DNA of 64,000 bases from an uncultured bacterium (GTDB lineage: Bacteria; Hydrothermota; UBA3073; NMUJ01; CBEVQO01). The notes below the pieces were generated by a model. That model made no database searches and was not told the DNA's origin. It saw nothing but the letters and a program-made list of their open reading frames with translations. The stretch lies in contig CBEVQO010000005.1 in assembly GCA_965552055.1 (NCBI GenBank), positions 1 through 64,000 on the forward strand. Reading direction: 5' to 3'. The translations under genes were made by a program, and so were the position numbers. Of the stretch, positions 19,891-29,220 are shown piece by piece (position 1 is the stretch's first letter; the number at the start of each line of letters is the position of its first letter).

Positions 19891-20898
19891 TTAAAAAGGA
19901 TTTGTCGCAAATTCCCATCTTAATTGCATTAGAAATTCATTCTCAGCATCTTTATTCTGGTTTTCATATTGCTTTCGTTCGTAATTTACCTGTAGCATCA
20001 CACCTGGTTTACCTTTTTTACGCCTAACAATGTAATAGTTAAAACCGCATATCATTCTGTAGTGCGCATCTTTTTCTTTATCAATATTTTCATCCCAGTA
20101 ATCAACTCTGCCTACTAACTCAAGATTAGGGTTGAGTTTTAAAACCGGCATTATCATAGCACCTAATCCGGTAATTTCGGGTTTGCCCGTTTTTGTAAAA
20201 ACGAGTTCACCCCAGCAATCAATCGGTCTGCGTGCAACTCTACAAACACCAGCCATTAAAAATCTTTTTGATGCTTCTTTTTTCTCATAAAGGAGAGACC
20301 CACCGATAGTTAACCCGGGTATGGGTATAAATCTAACATTACCAACAAATGCAGGATACTTATCAACATTACTTTTGCATTTCTTATAACCTTCTCCGTT
20401 ATAGATTCCGAGTTGCCACTCTCCCATTCCTTTCGGAATATCCGCATTGAAAGTTACGCCGTAGTCAGCACTTGATACTAACTTCTCTTTATCTTCGAAT
20501 GATTTTTCAATGGTTACATATTTCCAGTCATAAATAGTTCCCCAGTAAGTTTTCTGTAATCCTGCTGTAATCTTACCATAAGGGATGATACTCTTAAAAT
20601 CGAGATACCCGTATTTAAGTTTGATACCAGCTCCATGTGGGTCTTTATCGCTTGAGAATATATCGACATTTATTCTACATTTGATTTTATCGGTGAATGC
20701 ATGTTCCCATCGCAAGTAGCATCTCTCCAGTGCAAAATAACTTTCATCCAGTCCTGTAGTTTCGCCTGCCTCTCTGGCTGTATATCTGAACCATGTATAT
20801 GCTTTGAACTGAGATTCCCCCGGTATCAGCCCAGCGTACGAGCAATATGCATAAATCGTCCCCAAAAGCATCAGCACTTTTATAAATTTACACATCAC
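19891..20898 (-). CDS. Outer-membrane porin, probably phosphate-selective
   Basis: Signal peptide, alternating beta-strands, Lys/Arg-rich, aromatic C-terminus, directly upstream of pstS. Confidence 0.7.
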   Translation of the reverse strand: MMCKFIKVLMLLGTIYAYCSYAGLIPGESQFKAYTWFRYTAREAGETTGLDESYFALERCYLRWEHAFTDKIKCRINVDIFSSDKDPHGAGIKLKYGYLDFKSIIPYGKITAGLQKTYWGTIYDWKYVTIEKSFEDKEKLVSSADYGVTFNADIPKGMGEWQLGIYNGEGYKKCKSNVDKYPAFVGNVRFIPIPGLTIGGSLLYEKKEASKRFLMAGVCRVARRPIDCWGELVFTKTGKPEITGLGAMIMPVLKLNPNLELVGRVDYWDENIDKEKDAHYRMICGFNYYIVRRKKGKPGVMLQVNYERKQYENQNKDAENEFLMQLRWEFATNPF

Positions 20899-21398
20899 AC
20901 CTCCTTTTTGCTTTTCATATTAATCCTCATCTTCCTTATAAGCAGTTGCCTAATTTGTCTCACTTTCTCTCTCCGAATACCTAACTCCTCAGCTATCTGT
21001 GATAAAGTTTTTCCCTCTTGAAAATGCAATTCAAATATTTTTTGCTCAAGTTGAGATAAGTTTTTAGCAATAGAAGATATATCTAAATTCATTCCTCTAT
21101 AATCTTCATTCCTGTTATTATCTTCTAAAATTTCTTCATTTAATTCTAAAAGTCTCATGGTTTGTATTTTTTCTCTCCTGACTGCTTCCACAATTTTTTT
21201 CTTTATCCAGTAAAATGCATAAGTTGAAAATTTTGAGCCATTGGATGGTTCAAATCTTTTTTCTGCTTCAAGTAGTCCCAGAAATCCTTCCTGTATTAAA
21301 TCCTCGAGTGGCACACCATTTCCTTTGTATTTAGTAGCAATTGATTTTATCATAGGTAAATAATCCATGCACAATTTTGTAAGTCTATCGCTTTTCAT
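20895..21398 (-). CDS. Small sigma-70 family RNA polymerase sigma factor (regions 2 and 4)
   Basis: EDLIQEGFLGLLEA..F..GSKFSTYAFYWIK (region 2); TLSQIAEELGIRREKVRQI (region 4 HTH). Confidence 0.85.
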   Translation of the reverse strand: MKSDRLTKLCMDYLPMIKSIATKYKGNGVPLEDLIQEGFLGLLEAEKRFEPSNGSKFSTYAFYWIKKKIVEAVRREKIQTMRLLELNEEILEDNNRNEDYRGMNLDISSIAKNLSQLEQKIFELHFQEGKTLSQIAEELGIRREKVRQIRQLLIRKMRINMKSKKEV

Positions 21399-22089
21399 TT
21401 GTTTTCCTCATTAAGTAAATTGCAACATTTTCATTTTTTCTTATAGCATCTTTTATTGCTTCGATATTCTTTTCTGCTTTTATTAATGTCTTCCACGAAT
21501 AAAGGTGCCAAGGTTCATGGAAATCAGAATTTGCAATATAATTGTATTTCTTTACTCCAATTGAATTAAACAAATCATCGCGATTGGCAACTTCCCAGGC
21601 ATCAAACATTTCTTTGAATTTTTCCTGATTCTCCCATAAATACCATGATAGATGTTCTTTATCTTCTTTTTTCCTGTCCGGATGAGCAGCAATAACAATG
21701 GCATTTTGCTCTTTTACTTCTTTAATAATCTCTTCCACAGGTAAAGATGGTTCAACATATTCTTTTATATCTATGGCAAGAATGTGATATAAATCACGAT
21801 TATTGGTGATTTCTACTCCCGGAATTAACAGCATGTTGTATTCTTTCCATGCTCTTTTTGCTTCTTTCCATAATGTTTTTAAATAATCCTTAAAATTTTC
21901 TTTTGTTATCGCATTTATTTGTTCTCCTTTCCTTATACGCTCTTCAAGGGTATACTTATCTAAAATATGGTCAGTTATTGAAATAACATCAAAACCATGT
22001 TTCCCGAATAGATCAACAACTTCTCTAAGTGGTAGTTTGCCGTCGCTAAATTTTGTGTGAATATGGAAATCGCAAAGCAACCAGTTCAT
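21385..22089 (-). CDS. PHP-domain phosphoesterase
   Basis: DFHIHTKFSDG, ITDH, GVE, AHP, NSDFH metal ligands; start ATG 22089. Confidence 0.85.
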   Translation of the reverse strand: MNWLLCDFHIHTKFSDGKLPLREVVDLFGKHGFDVISITDHILDKYTLEERIRKGEQINAITKENFKDYLKTLWKEAKRAWKEYNMLLIPGVEITNNRDLYHILAIDIKEYVEPSLPVEEIIKEVKEQNAIVIAAHPDRKKEDKEHLSWYLWENQEKFKEMFDAWEVANRDDLFNSIGVKKYNYIANSDFHEPWHLYSWKTLIKAEKNIEAIKDAIRKNENVAIYLMRKTNEKR

Positions 22090-22100
22090 CTCACTCACAT

Positions 22101-22156
22101 AATTTATACACAATAATTGTTAAGTGAGTATAAAGGAAATGTTAATTTTTGGTTAA
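22101..22156 (-). promoter_or_regulatory. Pho-box array and -10 for the PHP-sigma-porin-pst operon
   Basis: Minus strand TTAACC-N5-TTAACA-N5-TTTATA-N5-TTAACA (11-bp period), then TAAATT; matches PhoP-type TT(A/T/C)ACA repeats. Confidence 0.7.
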
Positions 22157-23871
22157 GATGGGAATGTAATTATGAATTCTGTTCCTTCACCTACTTTGCT
22201 TTTTACATCTATTTTTCCATTATGTAAAAGCACAACATGTTTTACAATAGAAAGACCAAGTCCTGTTCCACCAAGTTTCTTGGAGCGAGATTTATCAACA
22301 ACATAAAATCTTTCAAATATTCGGGGAAGATGCTCATCAGGAATGCCAATCCCTGTATCCCTTACGCTCACAATTACTTTTTTATCCACTCTCTTTAAGG
22401 AAACAGTCACTTCTCCTTTCTCTGTGTATTTAATAGCATTATCTATTAAATTGATAAACAGTTGCTCCAATTTAAAAGGGTCTCCCTTTATTACAGGTTC
22501 GCCTTCACATATCAAATTCAATTTTAGCCCCTTTTCTTTTGCTTTTTGTTCAAATATTTTAAATACATTTTCTACTATGCACCTTAAATTTGCATTTTCC
22601 TTTATTTGGGTTAATCCTTTTTCTTCAAGTTCCGATAAGAGAAGCAAATCGTTAACAATATTTATAAGCCGTTCTGTATGCCGTTTTATAACCTCTAAAT
22701 AATGTTTAGCATTACCTTCTATTTCTTCCTCTAAAGTTTCAATATACCCTTTTATAGCTGTAAGAGGCGTTCTTAACTCATGAGAAACATTTATCACAAA
22801 ATCTTTCTTTATCCTTTCAAGTTTTTTAAATTCGGTAATATCATGCAAAACAATTATCAGCTCTTCCTTAGAAGGTATAATGACAAAACTCGCTAAAAAT
22901 ACTTTTCCATTCAATTCTATCTCTTCAGAAGATATTCTTTTTTCTCTCTTTACCTTCTCTATCAATTCTGCTATCTTTGGATTTCTTAAAATTTCCCACC
23001 AGAATTTTCCTTCGGGATTTGTCTGGACAACTTTTTTGAAAGATTCATTAAAAAGAATGATTTTTCCTTCTTTATCCAGAACTAAAAGCCCTTCTTCAAG
23101 AAAAGAGATGATGCTATTTAATTCCTCTTGCTTCAATGATAAATCATTAAACAGACGCTTTAATTCTTCTGACATTCTGTTGAAACTGCGAGCTAATTCT
23201 CCTATCTCATCTTCCCTTCTAAACATTACCTTCGTAGAAAAATCACCACCAGACAATTTTTTAAATGCCAAGGCAAGTTCTTTTAAAGGATGAGAAATAT
23301 TTCTTGAAAAAAGGAAAGCTCCTATTAAAGATAGAAGTGTCACAAAAATTACAATCGCAAAAATTTTAAGCCTGAGGTTATTGAGCAATTTATTTATGTC
23401 CTTTAAAAATAAACTTACTCTTAAGATGCCCACGAAGTTTCCTTTTGACTTAACAGGTATCGCGACATATAGCATCTCTTCTTTCACTGTGGTGCTGAAT
23501 CTTAAAGATTTACCGAAGCCTTTCTCTCTGGCTTGCTTGACCTCAGGTCTGTTGCTGTGGTTCTCCATTTGTCGAGGGTCTTTCTCTGAATCTGCCCAAA
23601 CTTCACCAGAAGGTGCAATAACTGTGATCCTTGTCTTTATTTTTTTACCTACATTTTTAACAAGAGAATCTAAACCATTGTAATCTTTCCTCTCTATAAA
23701 AGGTAAAACTTGAGGTTTAAGTGCGTAAGCTAAATTTTTAAGTTCTAAAGACAGGGTGTTTATGTAATGATGCCTTATCGTTTTAAAAGAAAAAACGAAC
23801 ACAAGGATTGAAATCAAAAAAATGATTAAACAGAAGCAATAAAAGATTTTAAAGAATATGGATTTTTTCAT
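22153..23871 (-). CDS. phoR: Phosphate regulon sensor histidine kinase
   Basis: MENHSNRPEV, HAMP, PAS, VSHELRTPLT, NLIDNAIKY, ERFYVVDKSRSKKLGGTGLGLSIVKH. Confidence 0.92.
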   Translation of the reverse strand: MKKSIFFKIFYCFCLIIFLISILVFVFSFKTIRHHYINTLSLELKNLAYALKPQVLPFIERKDYNGLDSLVKNVGKKIKTRITVIAPSGEVWADSEKDPRQMENHSNRPEVKQAREKGFGKSLRFSTTVKEEMLYVAIPVKSKGNFVGILRVSLFLKDINKLLNNLRLKIFAIVIFVTLLSLIGAFLFSRNISHPLKELALAFKKLSGGDFSTKVMFRREDEIGELARSFNRMSEELKRLFNDLSLKQEELNSIISFLEEGLLVLDKEGKIILFNESFKKVVQTNPEGKFWWEILRNPKIAELIEKVKREKRISSEEIELNGKVFLASFVIIPSKEELIIVLHDITEFKKLERIKKDFVINVSHELRTPLTAIKGYIETLEEEIEGNAKHYLEVIKRHTERLINIVNDLLLLSELEEKGLTQIKENANLRCIVENVFKIFEQKAKEKGLKLNLICEGEPVIKGDPFKLEQLFINLIDNAIKYTEKGEVTVSLKRVDKKVIVSVRDTGIGIPDEHLPRIFERFYVVDKSRSKKLGGTGLGLSIVKHVVLLHNGKIDVKSKVGEGTEFIITFPS

Positions 23872-24548
23872 TCTTCTATTTTGTAGCCTATTCCTCTTAC
23901 GCTTTTTATAAATTTCTTGGCTTTGCCTAATTTTTCTCTTAAATTCTTAATATGGACATCTACTGTCCTATCCAGAACAACTTTATCAATTCCCCATAAT
24001 TTATCCAGAATCTGGTCCCTTGTAAATACCCAGCCTTTTCTTTCTGCCAGTATTTTTAGAATCCTGAATTCCGTTGGAGTTAAGTCCACTTTTTTATTTT
24101 CAACAAAGACTTCATATTTATTGAGGTCTATTACGAGGATATCACCTATTTTAATCTTTTTGCAGGTATCATGCGGTGCTTTCCTTCTTAAGACTGCTTT
24201 TACTCTGGCAACTAACTCCCTTGGTGAGAAGGGCTTTGTCACATAATCATCTGCTCCCAGTTCCAGACCCAAAACTTTATCTGCTTCGGTAGTGCGTGCG
24301 GTAAGCATAATGATAGGAATAGATTTAAATTCATCTTTTGATTTTAGATACTTACAAACCTCAAAGCCATCCATATCAGGAAGCATGAGATCCAAAATTA
24401 TAAGGTCAGGTATCTGTGAGGATAAAAATTCGAAGAAATCTTCAGCATTCTGAAAGCATTTAACTTTAAAACCATGCTTAGTGAGATGTAAAGATACAAG
24501 CTCTAAAATATCAGGCTCATCATCTATCACAGCTATTAATTCATTCAT
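23868..24548 (-). CDS. phoB: OmpR-family response regulator PhoB/PhoP
   Basis: Receiver (DDE, LDLMLP, GADDYVTKPF) plus wHTH (RTVDVHIKNLR, VRGIGY); pho context. Confidence 0.88.
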   Translation of the reverse strand: MNELIAVIDDEPDILELVSLHLTKHGFKVKCFQNAEDFFEFLSSQIPDLIILDLMLPDMDGFEVCKYLKSKDEFKSIPIIMLTARTTEADKVLGLELGADDYVTKPFSPRELVARVKAVLRRKAPHDTCKKIKIGDILVIDLNKYEVFVENKKVDLTPTEFRILKILAERKGWVFTRDQILDKLWGIDKVVLDRTVDVHIKNLREKLGKAKKFIKSVRGIGYKIEE

Positions 24549-24550
24549 CG

Positions 24551-24617
24551 CATTTCTCTAAACTTATTCAATATACAGGTATGTCAACAATTTTTAGCCC
24601 ACCTCCCTATCCCCACC
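24551..24617. repeat. Right direct repeat flanking the Pho cluster (serves as phoB promoter)
   Basis: Near-identical to 15747-15814; contains minus-strand TTGACA-N15-TAAGTT. Confidence 0.85.
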
Positions 24618-24670
24618 TCCCTATCCCCACCCCACAACCCATTGGTAATTAGCTCGCTTACGCTCGCATT
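24591..24670 (-). repeat. Intergenic hairpin/G-rich element, copy 4 (internally deleted, 14-bp tandem duplication)
   Basis: Reverse strand: GCGAGCGTAAGCGAGC..GGGTTGTGGGGTGGGGATAGGGAGGTGGGGATAGGGAGGTGGGCTAAAAA. Confidence 0.85.
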
Positions 24671-24711
24671 TTTACTTGACATCCTTAAAGATAAAATTAT
24701 AATTAAAGGAG

Positions 24712-25413
24712 ATGAATCTAAAGGAAGTTCAAAATAGACTTCAAGAAATTAAAAATAAAGGATTTGTGCCATCTTTAAGAAGAGGAACAACAGGAATTGG
24801 ATACACCTTTGAGATACTTTTTGGAATAAAGGAAAACAATATCCCAATCCCAGACATCGGCGGAAGAGTTGAAATTAAAACAATAAGAAGAGATTCGCAA
24901 TCTTTAATAACATTATTTACTTTTAATAGAGGCGTCTGGCATATAAAGCAAAAAGAACTAATCAAAAAATATGGATATGTTGATAAAAAGGGTAGATATG
25001 CATTAAAAAATACGGTTTTTTATGGCAAATCCATTCCACAAGGAATATCATTAGAAGTAGATGAAGATAAAAACACTATTCATTTAGTTGATACGAATAC
25101 AAAGAAAGTCCTTGCAACATGGGATGTTTATGTCATTGTCGGTATATTTATGACAAAATTGAGCAAATTATTACTCGTAATAGCTGATAGAAAGAAAGAG
25201 AAAGGTAAAGAATATTTTCACTACAATGAAGCTTACCTTTTGACAGATCCCAGTGCTCGAAATTTTATAAAAGCATTTAAAAATTCCCTAATAGGCATTG
25301 ATATTAGAATGCATCTAAAAGAAAGCGGAGAAGTTAGAAATAGAGGAACTGCATTCCGTATAAAAGAAAAGGATTTATTAGAACTTTATGAAAATCGCAA
25401 GAAACTTATTTAA
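24712..25413 (+). CDS. MvaI/BcnI-family type II restriction endonuclease
   Basis: GTTGIGYTFE..GIKENN..PD..EIKT, ITLFT, RNRGTAFRI. Confidence 0.85.
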   Translation: MNLKEVQNRLQEIKNKGFVPSLRRGTTGIGYTFEILFGIKENNIPIPDIGGRVEIKTIRRDSQSLITLFTFNRGVWHIKQKELIKKYGYVDKKGRYALKNTVFYGKSIPQGISLEVDEDKNTIHLVDTNTKKVLATWDVYVIVGIFMTKLSKLLLVIADRKKEKGKEYFHYNEAYLLTDPSARNFIKAFKNSLIGIDIRMHLKESGEVRNRGTAFRIKEKDLLELYENRKKLI

Positions 25414-25415
25414 AA

Positions 25416-26684
25416 ATGCCTGCAATTATGCATAGATTTAAAAAATATAGAGACAAAACATGGGATTTTCGTATGGCGAATACAAAGCAATATACTCATT
25501 GTTTTCATTCTTATCCTGCAATGATGATACCGCAAGTCGCAGGACGCATTTTGGATGAATTTGGAAAAAATTCTAAACTTTTATTCGATCCATATTGCGG
25601 TACAGGAACTTCTTTAGTAGAAGCAAATTTAAGAGGCATAAATGCTATCGGCACAGACATTAACCCATTGGCTAGATTAATAGCTAAAGTTAAAACAACC
25701 ATTATTCCTTTAAAATCTTTGGATTTATATATAAAAGATTTCAACGATTTTGTTCTTTCAATACGATTAGGAGGGAGAAAAGTTTCTCCTAAAATTCCTA
25801 ATTTTAAAAATATCGATTATTGGTTCAAAAAAGAAACACAATATTGGCTCGCTGTCATTAAAGAATATATTGAAAAAATTGATAACGAAGATATTAGGGA
25901 CTTCTTTAAAGTAGCATTTAGTGAAACAGTAAGAGAAGTATCGTTGACCCGAAATAGTGAATTTAAACTATATAGAATGAGTGAAAAGCAAATAGAGAAA
26001 TTTAATCCCGATGTTTTCTTTATAATGATGGAGAAATTAATAAGAAATAGAAATGGAATGGCAGAATATATCAAAATAAAAAAGAACAAAGCATCTTCTA
26101 AAATCTACGATTTTAACACAGTCTATGAGATTCCATTCGATATAATTCCACCAGAAAGTATAGATATCGTGGTAACTTCTCCACCATATGGTGATTCTAG
26201 AACCACAGTAGCATATGGACAATTTTCTCGACTCGCTAACCAATGGTTGGAATTTGAAGAAACTAACGAAGTAGATAAAAAGTCAATAGGTGGAGTAAGA
26301 AAGAAAGAATATAGAAATTTTAATGTTGAAGTGTTAGACAAAGTGCTATTTAAAATTGCACGAATAGATGAAAAAAGATTATATGATGTGATTTCATTTT
26401 ACATAGACTATGAAAAATCCATAAATAATGTTGCTAAAGTTGTTAAAAAGGGCGGTATTGTAGCGTATGTAGTGGGTAATCGCAAGGTAAAGGGCATAGA
26501 AATTCCAAATGATGAAATAACCAAAGAATTTTTTGAAAGAAATGGCTTTAAGCATATTAAAACCATAATAAGAGAAATTCCAAATAAAAGGATGCCTAAA
26601 AGAAATAGTCCGAGCAATATAGCAGGAATAACGGATACAACTATGAATTACGAATACATTGTTATCTTGAGAAAAGAAAAATAA
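25416..26684 (+). CDS. Amino (probably N4-cytosine) DNA methyltransferase, cognate to the REase
   Basis: HSYPAMMIP, motif I DPYCGTGT, motif IV TSPPYGD (M.MvaI-like order). Confidence 0.88.
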   Translation: MPAIMHRFKKYRDKTWDFRMANTKQYTHCFHSYPAMMIPQVAGRILDEFGKNSKLLFDPYCGTGTSLVEANLRGINAIGTDINPLARLIAKVKTTIIPLKSLDLYIKDFNDFVLSIRLGGRKVSPKIPNFKNIDYWFKKETQYWLAVIKEYIEKIDNEDIRDFFKVAFSETVREVSLTRNSEFKLYRMSEKQIEKFNPDVFFIMMEKLIRNRNGMAEYIKIKKNKASSKIYDFNTVYEIPFDIIPPESIDIVVTSPPYGDSRTTVAYGQFSRLANQWLEFEETNEVDKKSIGGVRKKEYRNFNVEVLDKVLFKIARIDEKRLYDVISFYIDYEKSINNVAKVVKKGGIVAYVVGNRKVKGIEIPNDEITKEFFERNGFKHIKTIIREIPNKRMPKRNSPSNIAGITDTTMNYEYIVILRKEK

Positions 26685-26690
26685 TTCTTT

Positions 26691-29051
26691 TCACTCATGC
26701 TCCTCAAAGCCTTTGAGTAATTCTGCCATTTCTCTCAGTTTCTGGTCAACGAGGTAATTTACGGTATCAGGTTCATAAGTGCCATCGGGCAAAAGTTTTC
26801 CCGCTTTTACACCCGTTAGCAATTCAATGCCTTCATCAATGGTTTTTATCGCATAAATATGAAATTTGCCATCTTCAACTGCTTTAACAACTTCTTTATT
26901 CAACATTAGATTTTTGATATTCTGATAGGGTATAATCACTCCCTGTGTGCCAGTAAGCCCTTTTGCCTTGCATACTCTGAAAAAGCCCTCGATTTTTTCG
27001 TTAACACCTCCTATTGGCTGTATCTCACCCCATTGATTCACAGAACCTGTAACAGCGAGGTCCTGACGGATAGGCAGTCCAGATAGGCACGATAAAAGTG
27101 CGTAAAGCTCCGTGCTCGAAGCACTATCACCTTCTATTTCTTCATACATCTGCTCAAAGCATATACTCGCAGAAAGAGAAAGCGGTTTATTATGTGCATA
27201 TTTGCCAGCAAGATAAGCACTCAAAATCAAAACTCCTTTGCTGTGAATAGGACCACTCATTTCAATTTCACGCTCAATGTTTAAAATGCCCTTCTTACCC
27301 ATATAAACCCTGGCAGTAACACGAACAGGATAGCCAAAAGAATAATCACCGAGCTCAACAACAGTCAAACCATTCACCTGACCTACTTTTTTGCCTTCAA
27401 CATCTATAAGTAATCTGCCTCTTTTTATTTCTTCGTGTATTTTTTCTTCTATCAAATTTACCCTGTAGCGCTTTTTCTCAAGTGCCTTTTCAACATGCTC
27501 TGCCGTCACATATTTACTGCCATCCTGTTCTGCCCAGAAACTCGCTTCAGTTATCACATCAACAACTTCTATAAATTTTGTGGATAATTTATCCTGGTCT
27601 CCCGTTAACTCCGAGCCATATTCAAGTATGCGTGCTACACCAGATGGGTCAAAATGCTTCAAATTTTTATCCCTGCATTGTTTCGCAATAAACGAAATAT
27701 AAGCATCAATATGCTCCTTTGTTCTCGGCATCTCTGTATCAAAATCCGCTTTCACTTTAAACAATTTTCTGAAATCTTCATCAAATTCATGTAAAAGATG
27801 ATAAAGCAAAGGTGTACCAATCAAAATAACTTTAACATTATGAGGGATGGGTTCTGGACGCAATGTAACAACAGGTGTCTGACGCAATTCCTCACCTATA
27901 TTCTCAATCCTCAACTCCTTTGTCCTTATCGCACGCTTTAAGGCATCCCATACAAATGGATTTAAAAGGGCTTCTTTCGCCGGTATTATCAAAAAGCCAC
28001 CATTAGCCCTGTGAAAAGCTCCGGGTTTTATCAAAGTAAAATGAGTTACGAGATTGCCATCAACACTTTTATACTCAATTCTCCCAAAAAGATTATAATA
28101 TGTCGGATTTGGTTCAAAAACAAGGGGTGCATGAGATAAATGTGAATTATCAACAAAAACATTAACTTTTAAGTTAAAAAGAAAATCAGGCTCCTCTTCT
28201 CCTGAAAGTGATTTTATCTTTTCAGTAAATTGTGCAAGGTATTCTTTGACACCATCAAAATATTCTTTCAATTTCTTATATTTCTGATATTTCGCTTTAA
28301 GTTGTTTCACATATCTTCCGACCACATTTTTTACAATCCATTCATCGAGCTGTTTTATTTCTTCTCTCATTACATCGTCAATTTCATGTAGCTTATGGAA
28401 GGTTTCGTCGAGTTTTTCCTTTATATATGCTCCTGCTTTTTCAATTTTTTCTTTTTCCTTTTTCGGAAGGGCTTCGAGTTCTTCAAGTGTATATTGTGTG
28501 CCATCTTCTTTCAGTGGCACTGCAAAAAGACCTGCAGGACGCCTTAAAACTTCAAAATTATATTTGCGGGCTTCTTTTTGTAATGATTCTAAAATTTCGG
28601 ATTTCTTAGCTTCATATTTCTCTTTTATCGTATTGACTTCACGAAAATACTCATCGGATTTGAAAAAATGAGGCAATTTCTTTTTGCATGCGATTATTAA
28701 TTTCTCCATATCTTCTGCAAGTTCTTTCCCTTTGCCTTTATCAAGTTCAACAAAAATAGGTTCTTCTGGCTTTTTAAAATTAAAAAGATAACAATAATCC
28801 TTTGGCGGTGGTAATTTTTTTGCGTATTCTTCTACAAATGCACGAACAGTGGAAGTCCTGCCGGTGCCAGGCAATCCCGATACAAATATGTTAAAGCCAT
28901 CGGCTTTGGTCTGCAGACCAAATTTTATAGCTTCTACTGCACGCTCCTGACCAATGGTGCCGGTAAGTGGTTTGACTTCTTCAGTACTCTTAAATTTAAA
29001 TTGCGAAATATCATATTTTAATCTAAGTTTATCAGCACTTAATTTTTCCAT
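26691..29051 (-). CDS. Lon-like protease (LonC type, AAA plus S16 domain)
   Basis: IGQERA, GLPGTGRT, PGAFHRANGG, EGDSASSTE catalytic Ser, PIGGVNEKIEGF; start moved to ATG 29051. Confidence 0.9.
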   Translation of the reverse strand: MEKLSADKLRLKYDISQFKFKSTEEVKPLTGTIGQERAVEAIKFGLQTKADGFNIFVSGLPGTGRTSTVRAFVEEYAKKLPPPKDYCYLFNFKKPEEPIFVELDKGKGKELAEDMEKLIIACKKKLPHFFKSDEYFREVNTIKEKYEAKKSEILESLQKEARKYNFEVLRRPAGLFAVPLKEDGTQYTLEELEALPKKEKEKIEKAGAYIKEKLDETFHKLHEIDDVMREEIKQLDEWIVKNVVGRYVKQLKAKYQKYKKLKEYFDGVKEYLAQFTEKIKSLSGEEEPDFLFNLKVNVFVDNSHLSHAPLVFEPNPTYYNLFGRIEYKSVDGNLVTHFTLIKPGAFHRANGGFLIIPAKEALLNPFVWDALKRAIRTKELRIENIGEELRQTPVVTLRPEPIPHNVKVILIGTPLLYHLLHEFDEDFRKLFKVKADFDTEMPRTKEHIDAYISFIAKQCRDKNLKHFDPSGVARILEYGSELTGDQDKLSTKFIEVVDVITEASFWAEQDGSKYVTAEHVEKALEKKRYRVNLIEEKIHEEIKRGRLLIDVEGKKVGQVNGLTVVELGDYSFGYPVRVTARVYMGKKGILNIEREIEMSGPIHSKGVLILSAYLAGKYAHNKPLSLSASICFEQMYEEIEGDSASSTELYALLSCLSGLPIRQDLAVTGSVNQWGEIQPIGGVNEKIEGFFRVCKAKGLTGTQGVIIPYQNIKNLMLNKEVVKAVEDGKFHIYAIKTIDEGIELLTGVKAGKLLPDGTYEPDTVNYLVDQKLREMAELLKGFEEHE

Positions 29052-29218
29052 TTTTAGCCCCGCCTCCGCTGTCCCCACCTTCCCGATTAAGTCAGCCCAC
29101 TCCTTACCCTTCTTTAAACGCAATCAGAAGATAAAGCGTAAACAACCCGAATAACCCACATCCCCGTAATGGGCTGACATATCAACCCTTATGTAATGTG
29201 CTCGGCTGCGCCGAGCAA
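29051..29218 (-). repeat. Intergenic hairpin/G-rich element, copy 5 (different internal stem-loop)
   Basis: Reverse strand: GCTCGGCGCAGCCGAGC..TTACATAAGGGTT..GTCAGCCCA[loop]TGGGCTGAC..GGGAAGGTGGGGACAGCGGAGGCGGGGCTAAAAATG. Confidence 0.88.
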
Positions 29219-29220
29219 TA

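Noticed and set aside
29052..29123. N-terminal extension of the Lon ORF
   Set aside because: It is translated repeat-element sequence.
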